A stretch of DNA of 64,000 nucleotides, taken from NCBI RefSeq assembly GCF_006345805.1, contig NC_043002.1, positions 117,304,001 through 117,368,000 on the forward strand. The letters are read 5' to 3'. The DNA comes from Octopus sinensis. Its lineage: Eukaryota. Of the stretch, positions 12,165-25,235 are shown piece after piece. The position numbers were made by a program, and so were the translations under genes. Within the stretch, counting starts at the first letter, position 1. Every line of letters begins with the position of its first letter. A model generated the notes under the pieces. The model did no database searches, was not told the DNA's origin, and saw only the letters and a program-made list of their open reading frames with translations.

Positions 12165-12699
12165 GTGGAAATTAAGATTAACAGCAGTATAAATATTTGC
12201 AGTTAATTGTAACTCAGCATTGGATGTTCCAAGTGCCTAATTAGATGCCTAATTGCAATGGATCATCAGGGGGGAACACTTTCTCACATTTTGCTACAGA
12301 GTTCAAATATATGATTGATACACACACGCATGCACGTGCGCATGCAGGCATGCATACATACATACATACATACATACATACATTATGGCTGCCCCCTCGT
12401 TATCAAGTATGGCCATTGCACGAAGCTTAACTGTTACTGGTGCTGTGATCGAATGTGACTTTTTAGCCCAGCTAAAGATCTACATGCATACATACATACA
12501 TGCATATTGACCAATGCCACTGCTGCCTGCCTGGCTCCCATGCCAGTGACATGTAAAAAGCATCCTGTAGAAACCTGGTCAAATCAGATTGGAGCCTGGT
12601 GCTGCCTCCTGGCTTACCAATTCTCAGTCAAACTGTCCAACCCATGCTAGCATGGAAAGTAGACATCTTTCAGTCAGATCACTATTACTTAAAGTCATT

Positions 12700-14200
12700 C
12701 GATCAAGTCTATTCTTGCAGGGGGTCTGGTGACTCTTGCCACAACATCCCTTTTGAGATTTCAACTTCCGTAGGAAACAAAATTTATTTTATTATTTTAA
12801 TCTTTCTCTATCTTTCCAATACCTCTCCCTTTTTGAAATTTTGCTTCCCTAGAAAGTTTAATACCTTTTCCGCTTAGGAATTATTTCTAAATGGTCAGTC
12901 TGTTTACGTTCCCTGCTACTGCTCCTTCTAGACTTAATCTCTTTCAGTGCTGGCACATTGAACATGTCGTAAAACACTTCCATTGGAATTTCCTTCCTTT
13001 CCTCTATTTGTCTTGTTTTTAATTGATTTTAGGTGTTGTTTATGGTCCCATCATTGGCCTTTTATCAAACACATCATGTTTCCAATTCTTTTAGTCACTA
13101 CACCATCTTGCCAACTCTCTTTACCATTCTTGTATACTTTGAAATGGACTTTGTCTCTAACATCAAAATGTTTAATTGAATTTAAAAAATTTTTTCTATA
13201 CATTTTTTTCTTTGGCAACAATTTGTCAAAGATCGATTTAATCTTTCAAGTGAACATTAGCTCTGCAGGTGACTTGTCTGAACTGGTATTTGGATTGGGT
13301 GTTTTGCTGTACACCCTTAAGAATTTAGTTAGCACTTCATTATTTGCTAACTTGTTCCTTGCTTTTTGTTAGTACTTGCTTGAAAGTATGTATGAATCGT
13401 TCTGCTTGCCCATTTGACCTCAAGTGATAGGGTGGGGTATATATGTGCTTGACTGCATGCATTTTGCAGAATTTCATGGACTCATATCCTGTAAATTGTG
13501 TACCATTGTCTGATACTATGGTGTCTGGAACACCATCTCAGGCAAAAAGTTCATGCAGAAACTTTATTGTTGCCCTTAAGGTAGGTTGACTGCACCAACA
13601 TACTTCCAGCTATCAACAATGATTCAGAAGTACATGCCATTCACTGGTCCAGCGAAGTCTATATGTACCTTGGACCACAGACTATCTATCTCAGGTCACG
13701 ATTAGTATTTCACCAGTGGTGCTTTGGCTGCTAGCACATAACCTCTACATGATTTTACCAAATTTTTAATGACCTGGTCCATTGTCAGCCAATACATGTG
13801 ACTCCTCATCAAAGCTTTCATTTTTGACATCCCTGGGTATCCACTATGAAATTCATGTAATGTCCATTTCTGTGGTGCAATTTATACTTCCACTCTTTGT
13901 GTGTACATTAATACATCGTCACAGAGTGAAAAATGATTTGCATTTGTGTTTCTCTTTTATTATTTAATTTTCAAGGTTTCCTTCATTTTTATGATGTATT
14001 TGTCCCCCATTGCTGAAGTAGTTGTTTCTGCAACTCCTGTTGTTGTTCTTGCTGATGTTTTTTCAACTGTATTATAGAAGCTAGTAGGTCTTCCATCATT
14101 AACAACTTTGTATCACAAAAATTTGTTAACTGACTCGTGTAAGCTTTGAATCCTTGTCACTAATATTGTTGTCTCGCCAATATTTACTGCGATACTTTTT
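12700..14200 (-). mobile_element. Decayed Gypsy/Ty3 LTR retrotransposon (integrase relic)
   Basis: Minus-strand translation VHIDFAGPVNG...IIVDS...DGVPDTIVSDNGTQFTG at 13400-13680; possible TGGCG primer-binding site near 14170. Confidence 0.75.
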
Positions 14201-14962
14201 TACATTATAACCATGTAGTAACAATAAAACATATAACAATGTAACAATCCAACAAACTCTCCATGATCTATACATGAACCAACAAATGATATTCCGACAA
14301 ACTACCAAAACGATACTTTACGACTTTCCGTCTCTCACTCAGATTCTTACTATTTATAGTTGTTCAGTCAAGTCAGTTCTCATGGGGAGTGTCGTGACTC
14401 TCACCACAACACATGGAGAAAGGTGTTCGCCTCCATTTCAGAAAACAGTCCTGTTTAATTCATGGGGGTTCTTGTAAATTCACATGAATAAAACAATGAA
14501 TCAAAGGAAGTTACTCTTGTGGGGCATCTTTTGGATGTTTGTCTCTCTTGGATTTGTCCTTTGAGCAAATTCTTTTTTGTGTGGTCAATTTGTTTGCGTT
14601 CTTTGTTTTTGTTCTGGGTATGGTGTTTTTATACTTGTGTGCTGAGGTAGTTCGTCATTGGGGCATATTTCTTCTTGGAAGTTTGTGTTTAGGAAAGGGC
14701 CTACCCTGATGGAATTACTGTTGTGGATAGGGGCTTTTCTTTGAAATATTTGAGTGCAAGATATTGCTTATGTATGCAGGGGGGGGGGTTCATCTCTGAT
14801 GTTTAAGATGTTATTTGTTGATTGTATAATGTTTTTTTCAGAATTACAGAGTTCACATTTGGTACCTCATCCTCTGTATTTTTTGGCTTTGATAATAATT
14901 TTCCATTCTATTGGCGGGGGGGGGGGGGCTTTATTCCACCTACTTTCAATGTCTATATCATA

Positions 14963-15700
14963 TTTGACTATTATGGTTTCAGATCTTAGAAAACCCATTA
15001 CATATTAAAGACCTAGAAAAATTTGAAGACAATCTTATAAAGTTAGTTAGAAATGTAAAAGTCTACCAAAGATCTAACAAGTTCCAACACACATTACAGA
15101 CATACATCGAACCTTTCAAAACATCAATGAACATGTTTATTAAAGGAGATAAAACAAAAATTATTCATGAAGTAAACAACCAAACATACAACAAATTACT
15201 AACTGACAACATTACTAAAACATGCAAGAAAATAAAGCCCATTGCTTATAATTAAATTAATGTAGAAGCAAAAAGATTTAGCCACAAGGTTTAAAATAGA
15301 AGACAAAGTAGAAAAGCTTATCCCACAAAATCCTTTTATAATTCTGAAAGACCACAAAAATAACCTCATGCAAAATCCTAGCTGCAGATTAATAAATCTC
15401 ACAAAAAGTGAAAATAGGAATTATCAGTAAATCCCATATTAGATAATATTATGACATATCAGGGCACACTCAAATTTTACTCAATGGATATGCAGCAGTG
15501 CAATTATTGAATGGCTTAAGAAAATAGAATATAAACCCAAATCCATAGAGACAGAGTTTCTATAACTAAGTTCCCTCCCTGTTACCAACACTCACTTGTT
15601 TCCAAACAATAATATTTACCTATGGTTGGATATATTTTTACAAAGATTGAAAATAAAGGACACAGCTGAATGATAATAATGTTTGTTTACAACAATCAAG
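14963..15700 (+). mobile_element. Penelope-like element RT N-terminal relic
   Basis: Fragments KFEDNL, NVEAKRF, IILKDHKNN...NPSCRLIN (Penelope-like KDHK...CRLINP motif); frameshifted. Confidence 0.75.
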
Positions 15701-15803
15701 AGACCTCAAAACAAATAGAAACACACAAACACATGTGCACATGCATGCACACACACACACACACCACACACACACACACACACACGCCATGATTATATAT
15801 ATG

Positions 15804-15851
<48 letters not shown>

Positions 15852-16456
15852 TACTAGCTTAAAAGCTGCACTCCATGTGGACTTCTAAGCTAGCTCCTAT
15901 GGAGGGCTAATTGATCCTCTGACTCAAAACTAATGAGACCTGAATAGTATGATTATAATACATCTATAATGACTACATGACTTGCTGCTGTTTGATCAGA
16001 GATTAAGGGCAGATGAGAATTAGTTCAGTAATGCAATCATTCTATTGCCACTGTCCCAATTTGAATTCCAACTGTTGGCCAATTTATCCCAAAGATCTTA
16101 TTGCGAAGTAAAATTAATGAGGTGAATGTCATTTATCTCCCCCTTGATCTCTGACATCATCTGAAGAATGCCAACCTAGATGGCATGAATCAGCCAAGCT
16201 TTACCTGCTAGAAATAGCAACCTAAATGCTTTTAAATCAGATCCCAATGCTAGATGCTCAAGAACCAAATGAAGGGCAGATTTTCAATCCCGGGATAATC
16301 CTAATTCCAAAGAGATATAATATGTCTATGTAGAGCAAATGTAGACTGAGATACAGGAGTTCCAGACAGACAGAATTTCGTGTTTATTATTATTATTATT
16401 ATTATTATTGTTATTATTATTGTTATTGTTGTTGTTGTTGTTATTATTATTATTAT

Positions 16457-16494
<38 letters not shown>

Positions 16495-16589
16495 ATTCGA
16501 GACAAAACCACTACTTTGCAAAACAAACAAGGAAAGACTTAATCAATACATAAAAATTTTTAATATAAAGAAATAAATATATATATATA

Positions 16590-16946
16590 ATAAGATGAGG
16601 AAATAGAGTGGTAATTAATAAATTATTATTTATCAATTAAAAAATTGACAAACATCCCTTACAGCTGTTTTAATTCCAGACCTTCAGAAAACTAATTAAT
16701 AAAATTAAAAATTATTTGAAAGTTGAATCTCTTGAGAGTTATGTTTAAGATCTACAAAATAGTTTAAGATCTACAAAATAGTTTAAGATCTACAAAATAG
16801 TTTAAGATCTACAAAATAGTTTAAGATCTACAAAATAGGTGTTCAATTCCTGCATGTTGAGTAAACAGCTGCAAAAGGGATGTTTGCCAATTTTTAATTA
16901 ATAAATAATAATTTATTAATTACCTCTCTATTTTCTCATCTTATTA
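16590..16946. repeat. Inverted repeat (~85 bp arms) enclosing a 19-bp x5 tandem array
   Basis: Arms AATAAGATGAGG...CATCCCTTACAGCTGTTT and AAACAGCTGC...GGGATG...CTCATCTTATT; five perfect copies of GTTTAAGATCTACAAAATA at 16743-16837. Confidence 0.85.
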
Positions 16947-17139
16947 CAATGAATAAATATTTATATATATATATAAACCATGGTTTATATAGTTACCTTG
17001 CAGATGAGTAGTAACTGTAATATTCAACATTCTTTGTATGGGTAACTAACCACTACTTTCATAGGATTTTGCCATCTCTGAATGAGGTTTGTAATCTTTA
17101 TTTTGTGCTTATATATATATATATATATATAAATATACC

Positions 17140-17340
17140 AAGTGAGAAAATGGAGATAAGGTTAATACATTGACACAAACGGACCTACAACTGTTTCAAT
17201 TCATTAATTGCAGGATAAAATCAGCAAAAATTAAATTTGGTTGATTTTATGCTGCAATTAATGAATTGAAACACTTGTAGGTCTGGTCTTGTTAATGTAT
17301 TAATAAACTTTTATTAATCTTATCTCTATCTTCTCTCTTG
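17140..17340. repeat. ~200-nt near-perfect fold-back hairpin
   Basis: GACCTACAACTGTTTCAATTCATTAATTGCAGGATAAAATCAGC pairs with GTTGATTTTATGCTGCAATTAATGAATTGAAACACTTGTAGGTC. Confidence 0.85.
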
Positions 17341-17356
17341 ATCTTCATAATATTAA

Positions 17357-17682
17357 CTAGCAGCTAAGCCCGGTTTCACCCGGTCTGTTTGGGTGATGTG
17401 ACTGTGATCGTTTTCGGTTAGGCATAATCTATAACAGCGTTTCTCAACCATATCATTTTGGGTCCCCTGTTTTGATTGTCAGAAAACAGCTTCAGGAGTT
17501 GTGAAGAAAGAATTTGTACGTAGTCTGTTTCTGAGAGCTATTCTATTGGTCTAATCATCAAAACATTGATTTAATTATGAACATAAAAAAAAATTATACA
17601 TCAATCCCTATTTTGTAAGCAGTTGTATCGGTAAAAAAATTTATTTGCAGAGAGCAGAAATGAAAGAAGAAATATGAAATGG

Positions 17683-17723
<41 letters not shown>

Positions 17724-18130
17724 TGTGTGTGTGTGTGTGTGTGTATGTGTGTGCGAATGTGTGTGTATGCCTGCTTGCATGTGTGTATGTGAGAGAGAAG
17801 AAGAGAGACAGCCTAGCGAAAGTTTTGGCTGACTGTCATCCTGTACTCCCTTTGCTAGCGAAATGGTATATGTTGGCTGTGTGAGCAACTGTTTGTTTTA
17901 ATGGCAGAACAAACAGGGGAGTTCCATTAGAAAAAGTTTTAATCGATTTTCTCGGTAAGTATGGGGGCTAGGAAAAAAATACAAACAGCATTCGAATGTA
18001 TGTACCCGTCTGCACATGTGTGCCATTTTTCACGCGAATCCAGCCAGCCGTTTGGCTGTGAACCTCAAGACAAGAAAGAATACAACAATCGCCCATATCC
18101 AATTTATATTATAGATAATATATATGTATG
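17357..18130 (+). mobile_element. Helentron/DINE-like element related to 1980-2555
   Basis: ACTAGCAGCTAAGCCCGGTTTCACCCGGTC start, internal (GT)n, shared 3' block. Confidence 0.5.
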
Positions 18131-18459
18131 TGCCTATATTGTTAGACATTCAACCAATCAAATCTTAGATATTTTTATCCCTCTGAGGTTTATATCTTCA
18201 CCTGTACTTTGATATATATATATACATATAAATATTGTAGCTGTAAAGACAGTTTTCATTGTATGTATATAATTATTTTATTCTGTCATGTTTGTTTTCA
18301 TCATTGTCCTGTATGTTTGTTAGCTATTCCTAGTGGTTTTCTGTCACCGGCACCACCATAAGTGAACAATATCAATGTTAAAGATACAGAATTTTAAGAA
18401 TCTTTTGGATATTGACTGATGAGGAATTAGCTACAAATTTTCCATTTGTTGTGTTTCAG

Positions 18460-18598
18460 TGAAATTTTTTAAATACATATATATATATATGTATTTGATG
18501 ACGCCTGGTGGCATTTGATAAATCTAACGAAGATGGTGCTAAAGAAAGACATTAGGCAATTTCTCGCCTATGATCTAGAAACATGTTCACCATTAACG
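18460..18598 (+). pseudogene. Exon-like segment (VFDDAWWHLINLTKMVLKKDIRQFLAYDLETCSPLT) with disrupted 5' part
   Basis: Strong donor ACG|gtaagg. The nearest upstream acceptor (cag|18460) gives an in-frame TAA at 18470 next to an (AT)n tract. Confidence 0.3.
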
Positions 18599-19125
18599 GT
18601 AAGGGATTGTTTTCCTTTATTTACTACTCCGATTTTGCGTATGTGAATTGCAGGGTTATGTCGTATATGGAGCCCCCACTTGTAGAAAATGGAAATAAAC
18701 AGTCTCTGACTGCTATTTCTAATTCTTTCGGTATGCGGCAGGACAACCTGTTGCCTGCCCTTTTACTTATATACTATATATATATATATATATATCGGTC
18801 AGTAGTTTATATATCCAAAAAAGAAGTAGACTCTAAAACCTTAGAGTAGTAATATTTAGAAGGTTGTTTGTTATGGCTGGTCAGAGAGTGACCATTGGTT
18901 TCACATCTACAACTGGAGGAAGGAAAATGTTACGGTTAGTTAATTTTGTAAACAGAAAAATTCCAGGATGAAACTCCACTGGCAAAGTCTAGGGCAAGAT
19001 GGAGTTATTTCTCTTAGATACCCCTTAGACCTGTAACAGTTCAGCTATAACAGGCTTGTTGGAGCTGTCTGAGACTTTCAGGATTTACCTAATTCCACAA
19101 ACGTGTAACTTCATGCTTTCAACAG

Positions 19126-19152
19126 GAATTTCCTCTTGTGCAGTGTATAAAG
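19126..19152 (+). CDS. Candidate 27-nt micro-exon (EFPLVQCIK)
   Basis: ctttcaacag|...AAG|gtgagg; the phase 0-0 reading fits flanking candidates 18598 and 23937. Confidence 0.35.
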
Positions 19153-19532
19153 GTGAGGTGGTGACCAGCACTGGTGAATACAGCAGTAGTGTTGGCACCA
19201 ACAACACATCCTATGAGGACAGCAATTGCAATGCTGATGGCAGCTGTTACATGAACAGTGTGTCAAGTAACAGCAGCAGATACAACATCCAATTTGATAG
19301 TAACTAAGCAACAACAGCACCAACAATGCATCTGGTAGTGGCAGCATCTGCAGCACCAGGATTGGATCCAGCAATAGCAGCAACAAAGGTAGCAATGCCA
19401 GCAGTTGCACCAGTGGCAGCAACAGTGGTAGCAGTAACAGCAGCAACATCAGAAATGGGTCCAGCAGTGACAGCAGCAGTAACACAAGAGCACAGATACA
19501 CAAATATGTTTCATCTACAAGCAACCTGTTGA
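19153..19532 (+). repeat. Degenerate 3-periodic (AGC/AAC)-rich tract
   Basis: Reads as Ser/Asn/Gly-rich in two frames separated by one shift at ~19307; poly-Leu on the minus strand. Confidence 0.7.
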
Positions 19533-19799
19533 AGCATTGACTGAACAACTACAGCTCCTCATTTAGGATACCAGAGAAGTGCAACATCACATCCATGACC
19601 AACTACATGAGACCTTTAAAGAAGGAGGGTATGCCATACATAATTAAATGGAGGCTTCAAGAAGAACCAGGGCCATACCTCAATGGGAGAAAATAATATA
19701 AGCTTTACATAGTGGTAAAAGCAAGAATCCTGAAAGACTTATTTGACCCAGGGACCTTTTTAAACTCCAAAACAGAGGAAATTCGTTTTAGAAGCATCA

Positions 19800-20075
19800 G
19801 AGGAAATTCGTTTTAGAAGCATGAAATTCTCCGTTTGCCAACCAGGTACCCACCAGGCTTGGACATCTTTGGCAGGCCTACTAAATACTTCTTGCCACTG
19901 TTCTATCCTGGTAACCAACTACTTGACAGAGATGGGCATCAATACTGTCCTTCACCCTCCCAGAAGTTCAGATCTTGCTTCCTGTAACTTTTGGTTGTTC
20001 TCTAAGTGGAAGGAGAACCTCAGGGACAGTCATTTTGAAGTCATTAAGAAGTTGGAAAAGAGTGTGACATATATA
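19800..20075 (+). mobile_element. Mariner transposase C-terminal relic
   Basis: TEMGINTVLHPPRSSDLASCNFWLFSKWKENLR resembles the YSPDLAP-DF motif. Confidence 0.75.
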
Positions 20076-20139
20076 TATACAGAAAGAGGGAGAGAGAGAA
20101 ATTTAGTTTTGCACAGCAGTTCTGCTAAACCTAAAAGGG

Positions 20140-21110
20140 CAAAATTCCAGATCAAAGATAAAAATCAAGGAAGAGATTCTATGTGATTTTCTGTTTGCTG
20201 GTGATTGTTCTTTGATTTCTCATACATTTGAGGAAATTCAAGAATTAGTCATCAGGTTTGTTGCAGCACCTTGTGCATTTGGACAGACTAACAGTATCAA
20301 GAAGTCTGAAGTTTTATTCCAATCAAATCCTGGGACAGAACATATGCAAGATTCAAATGTGATGATTAATAATGAGCCACTCATATGGGTCGGGTCATTT
20401 AAATATCTTGGAAGTACAGAAAACTTTAAGAATAATCTTGATAACAAAATCAGTATTAGAATATCTAAGGCTACCAAGTGCTTCTGGAAAACTTTTCCAC
20501 CATTTGTGGGATGAATACATTGTCAATCTGAAAACCAACATAAGTGTAAACAAATCTTGTATTTTGAGCACATTTCTGTATGGGGCAGAGGCATATAAAG
20601 AAACTTGAAACCTTTCATGTGTTCTAACTGTGTAATATCTGCAATATAAAATGACAAGATAAGATATCAAATGTCAAAACCCTAGAAATCACTAGTATCA
20701 AAAGCATGCTGCTGAGAATTCAGTGCAGATAGTTAGGACATGTTTGAATGACAGATGATCACATTCTGAAAATTCTTTTTAAGGCCAATAAGTAATGGGA
20801 TACCACAATCAAGGAATACCCATCCTTTGGTATAAGGATAAGTTGAAGCAATCACTTAAATCTCTACTGCTTAATTTGGCATCTTGGGAAAGTTATTGCC
20901 TATATCTGTCTTCATGGAGTAAAATGTGTTATGATGCATCAAAACAATTTGAGTTGAAGAAACAGAACAATAAAAGAATTATATTCTACAATCAACAAAG
21001 ACATTTGTCCAATCCCAGGCAAAATCAAAATCATCAGTATCCTTATTGTGACTTCATAGCAAAATCCATACCAGGAGTTAAATTACATTCACACATCCAT
21101 CACAAATAGA
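20140..21110 (+). mobile_element. Decayed RTE-BovB-like LINE 3' part
   Basis: LFAGDC...KKSEVLFQ...FKYLGS...LDNKISIRISKA and ILSTFLYGAE, with a terminal C2H2-like YCDF...HSHIH. Confidence 0.8.
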
Positions 21111-21196
21111 TGCAGCAACTTTTATTTTTACCCTTTTTTCTTTCTTTTAATCCACTCCTTCAAACACTCATAAATCAAAATTGATGGAAGTGACCA

Positions 21197-21274
<78 letters not shown>

Positions 21275-21276
<2 letters not shown>

Positions 21277-21830
21277 CGGTGAGCTTGGAGAGGGGAAACC
21301 CAATTGATGTAAACCTAAAAAGAGGTTTAAGGACTACCATAAAGTCACTCGGAATAGCTCCAAAGACAATAGAAGTCCTTGCTTTGGATCAAGCTGGACA
21401 GCAAACAAAAATGTAGAGTGGAGTGAAAGCATTTGAGGAGATCAGGATAACACATACAAGACTCAAGAGGGATTTAAAGAAGAATGTTGTGATTGAGAAC
21501 CTCAGTGACCTTTTTGTGTGCACAGTTTGTGACAGACCATGCCTTTCTTTTGCTGGGCTGCAATCTCATTTGAGGACCCATGAAAAATGAACCTCCACCA
21601 ACTATTCTGCCTATATATCTGTGCACACCTTCCAATGTTGTGTATGCCATAAGGTCAGTAAATCTGATGGAGGTCTCAAAAGATATTTTAAGACCCACAA
21701 AAACCAGAACTTAACTGCAGCTCTTGGTGGTCCAAATCAGATATACAATCTATGTGAGTGTCTTTTCAATACATTGGTTTAAAAACCACATCAGACGCCA
21801 TGATGGATCTAAGGTGTAGGTACAAGAGGT
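21275..21830 (+). mobile_element. Second RTE-type 3' fragment with C2H2 knuckles
   Basis: YGELGEG...PKKRFKD and FVCTVCDRPCLSFAGLQSHLRTH. Confidence 0.7.
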
Positions 21831-21954
21831 GATCAGACTCTGCATAAGGAGTAGACAACCACCATATATATATATGTATATGTACACACATGCATACATG
21901 CACATACATACACACACACACACATGCACTATGTTTATATATGCATATGTATAT

Positions 21955-22290
21955 ATGCTGAAACCCCCTTCAGTCATGACTGACCATGGGATTGCACCTA
22001 GAAAGTTACCCTCCAAGGCACAAGTCCAGGCAAGGTTGTTTATTAAAGACCAGCAGTCGCCCATGCATACCAGCCTCCCCTCTCCATACCACTGATGTTA
22101 TCCAAGGGAAAGGCAAAAGGGGCCGATACAGCTTGGCACTCGTGACGTCGCAACTCATTTCTACAGCTGAGTGAACTGGAGCAACGTGAAATAAAGTGTC
22201 TTGCTCAAGAACACAACACACACCCCAGTCTGGGATTCGAACTCACAACATCACAATCATAAGTTTGACGCTCTAACCACTGAGCCATGC
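21955..22290 (-). mobile_element. tRNA-derived SINE family B
   Basis: Reverse complement of 8903-9235. Confidence 0.8.
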
Positions 22291-22475
22291 ACCTTCACAT
22301 GTATATATATATATATGTGTGTGTGTGTATGTATGTATGTATATATATATAAGAATAATATGCTATATGTATGTATGTTATTATAATTATCAGTTTAATA
22401 AATAAATAAGTTAACATTTTTAATGTCCTAAAGTTGATGAACCAACTATTGTGCTCCTCCATTTTCTTGTTTGCA

Positions 22476-22506
<31 letters not shown>

Positions 22507-22595
22507 ATAACAAATCTCTGAACGAGGTATATATACATGTATATATATAATGTATTATATATATATATACACTGCGCCATGTGCCTTCACATGTA

Positions 22596-22666
<71 letters not shown>

Positions 22667-23175
22667 GATTTACATATTTATATATATATAAATAATTTAT
22701 AAATTGAATAGTGTTCACTTCCGGATTCTATCACTCTGTGAAAGTTTCTAGTTCGAATCACACGTGTCTCGAGATGTGCCGAAGATTTTCTATTTTGGAT
22801 ATATTTGGGGTACTTAGGTCTGCTCAGGTCTTGGTGTTTGCTTTTTCCATGGGTATGAGTATTTCACTTATATCTCACGTATTTATCGCTGAAGAAGGGA
22901 AAATTCTTATGAATTAACCCCGAAATTGGGACCAATATGGTAATAACGGATTTTTTTAGAAATTTCCATCGGTTTGTTTCAAGATGCATAAATTATAATG
23001 GTCATTGACAATTTTTGTCTTTTTTCCGGTATATTTGGCATTAGAATTTTTCTTTCGCCCTAATTTTGTAAATTATTTATAAATTTAACCTTTAAAGGTG
23101 TTTTTTGATATGCTGGCCATTGATAAAATTTTTTTCCCGAAAAAAATTTTATCCTACATTAGTTATATATATATA

Positions 23176-23400
23176 TCATCATCATCATCAACATTTCATG
23201 TCCATTTTCCATGCTGGCATGAAATGGACGGCTTGACAGGAACTGGCCAGGCCAGGGGCCATACCAGCTTCCATAGTCTGTTTTAGCTCGGTTTCTACAG
23301 CCTAACCCTAACCCTACCTTGTGCTTTTGTTTGTGGCAGCAGCACCATCAATTCTGTTGTGGTGGGTGGGTCTTCTTGAGTACAGCAATGCACCACAAGT
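23176..23400 (-). mobile_element. RTE 3'-tail copy
   Basis: (CAT)n head followed by TTCCATGCTGGCATG. Confidence 0.65.
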
Positions 23401-23404
23401 GTGA

Positions 23405-23765
23405 CTATGTGGTAAGAAGCTTGCTTCCCAACTGCATAGTTCTAGGTTCAATCTCACTGCATGGCACTTAGAGCAAGTGTTTTTTACTATAGCTGACCAA
23501 AGCCTTGTGAATGAATTTGGTAGATGGAAACTGAAAGACCTCCATTGTGTGTGTGTGTGTGTGTGTTTGTCTCCCACAACCACTTGACACCTGGTGTTGA
23601 TGTGTTTATATCCCCATAACTTAGTGGTTTGGCACAAAAAAGCTGATAGAATAAGTACTAGGCTTAAAAAAATTTATCCTGGGGTTGATTCATTTGACTA
23701 AAAATCGCCAGGGAGGTGCTCCAGCATGGCTGCAATCAAATGACTGAAACAAGTAAAATATAAAA
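23405..23765 (+). mobile_element. tRNA-derived SINE family A
   Basis: Similar to 50294-50690. Confidence 0.8.
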
Positions 23766-23936
23766 GATATTTCACAATAGGGATTAATCACAGCTAGGAA
23801 TACTGATTAAATGTCTTAGCTTGATACCACTATTTTGGGAAGTATTGGTCAAATAGATCTGTTAGGTATATATAAAAGTATCATATTAACTTCATTTGTT
23901 CCTTGTATAATATCAATTATTTCACTTTTATCTCAG

Positions 23937-23977
23937 GACTTTAAAGGACTTGAAGAAATGAAGAAATTTCTGTACAA
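23937..23977 (+). CDS. Candidate exon (DFKGLEEMKKFLYK)
   Basis: Long pyrimidine tract ending tctcag|, donor AA|gtaaca, purine-rich coding-like composition. Confidence 0.45.
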
Positions 23978-24702
23978 GTAACATTTATATCTGGCATAAA
24001 ATGTTTGGCTGTACCATAAAGATTTTCTTTATATTTGCACCACAGGACTACTCACTTAACAACTCTCTTCCTGGAATGTTACATTTTTCTTAAAATGTTT
24101 TACTTACATTAACGATAAGATGTTACTGAAAGATGTTATTGGCCTAAGATGTTAAAACGGAACATAGATTTTGTAGCTTATATAGGAAATATGTCAAAAA
24201 TAAAGAGTTATTCACTCTAATGATAAAATGAATAATATAAATATCACTTGGCATTTTAGACAAGAACATTTATATTATGATCCCAGTAGAATACCTGGCA
24301 TTTGGCCAATGTTTTGATTCAGTAAACCTAGATTTCAAATCTCTTTGACTTACTTTTTCACAACCCATTTTCTCTAAATATATTCTTTGTCATCGTTGTT
24401 GTCATCATCATCATCATCGTTGTTTTAATGTCCACCTTTTTATGCTTTCTTAGGTCAGGCAGAATTTGTTAAAGCACATTTTCTGCTGCCAGATAGATAC
24501 CTTTCCTATCACCAGCCCTCACTTGACTCCAAGTAAGATGATAAATATTTCCCAATGCTCAGACATATTTTCATGGAAGACTGGAAATGTCTGCAGTACA
24601 ATTGTTATATTTTTATTTTATGAATTATGCTTAGATATTCTGTTCTTAAAACTATAGAAGACTTTCATTAGAAAAAGAGAAAAAGGATGATTTTTTTTTT
24701 AT

Positions 24703-25235
24703 AGCAGTGGTTGGGGAACTTTTTTAACCAATTACCCCCAAATATATTTATTTATGCTGTTGTTACACCCCCTTGATTTGAAAGGAAGAAAATATATTCT
24801 TTGAATTCGAAAGCTTTATTGAATCTATTTATATGGAGAATACAATTATAAATATAAAAAGTATAAAACAAATACGATAGAGTAAAGTAATATCCTTATT
24901 ATGAAACAAAAGGATTTTTCTAGAAACTTTTTCATTTCAGGTTTTGGAGAAATGATGTTTCATTTTCGTTATAATTACATCAAAATCGGGGCATTTTGAT
25001 GCAAGAGCAATTTGGATACAGTCTTCGGGGTCCAATTGTTTATTCTTCTTTGTTTTTATGTTGCAAAAGGTAACAACTTTTTGACTGATTTCTCATATCA
25101 GGAGAAAAATTTGTCATAACAAGGAATGTGTCTTTTATATAATTTTACTTATGTCTAATGAGTCCTCATTACACCCAAGAATTTCATTTTTACCCCACTT
25201 GGGATAATTTACCCAGGTTCGCTGACCCCTATCTT
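24703..25235 (-). mobile_element. hAT (Charlie-like) non-autonomous relic
   Basis: CAGTGGTTGGGGAAC end. Minus-strand translation IKTK...LDPEDCIQIALASKCPDFD resembles the hAT C-terminal dimerisation region. Confidence 0.65.

Noticed and set aside
16743-16837. CRISPR-like direct repeat array
   Set aside because: Units are contiguous with no spacers and the context is eukaryotic; it is a simple minisatellite.
16997-17085. Minus-strand exon with a possible Cys-Sec (TGT TGA) motif
   Set aside because: All frames contain stops, no SECIS was seen, and it lies between repeat-derived inverted elements.
17168-17290. Hammerhead call for the 17.1-17.3 kb hairpin arms
   Set aside because: GAAACAGTTGTA is present but no CUGANGA core at the right spacing.
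19111-19548. Poly-Leu, signal-peptide-like minus-strand ORF (145 aa)
   Set aside because: It is the antisense reading of the AGC/AAC-rich tract, with no independent support.
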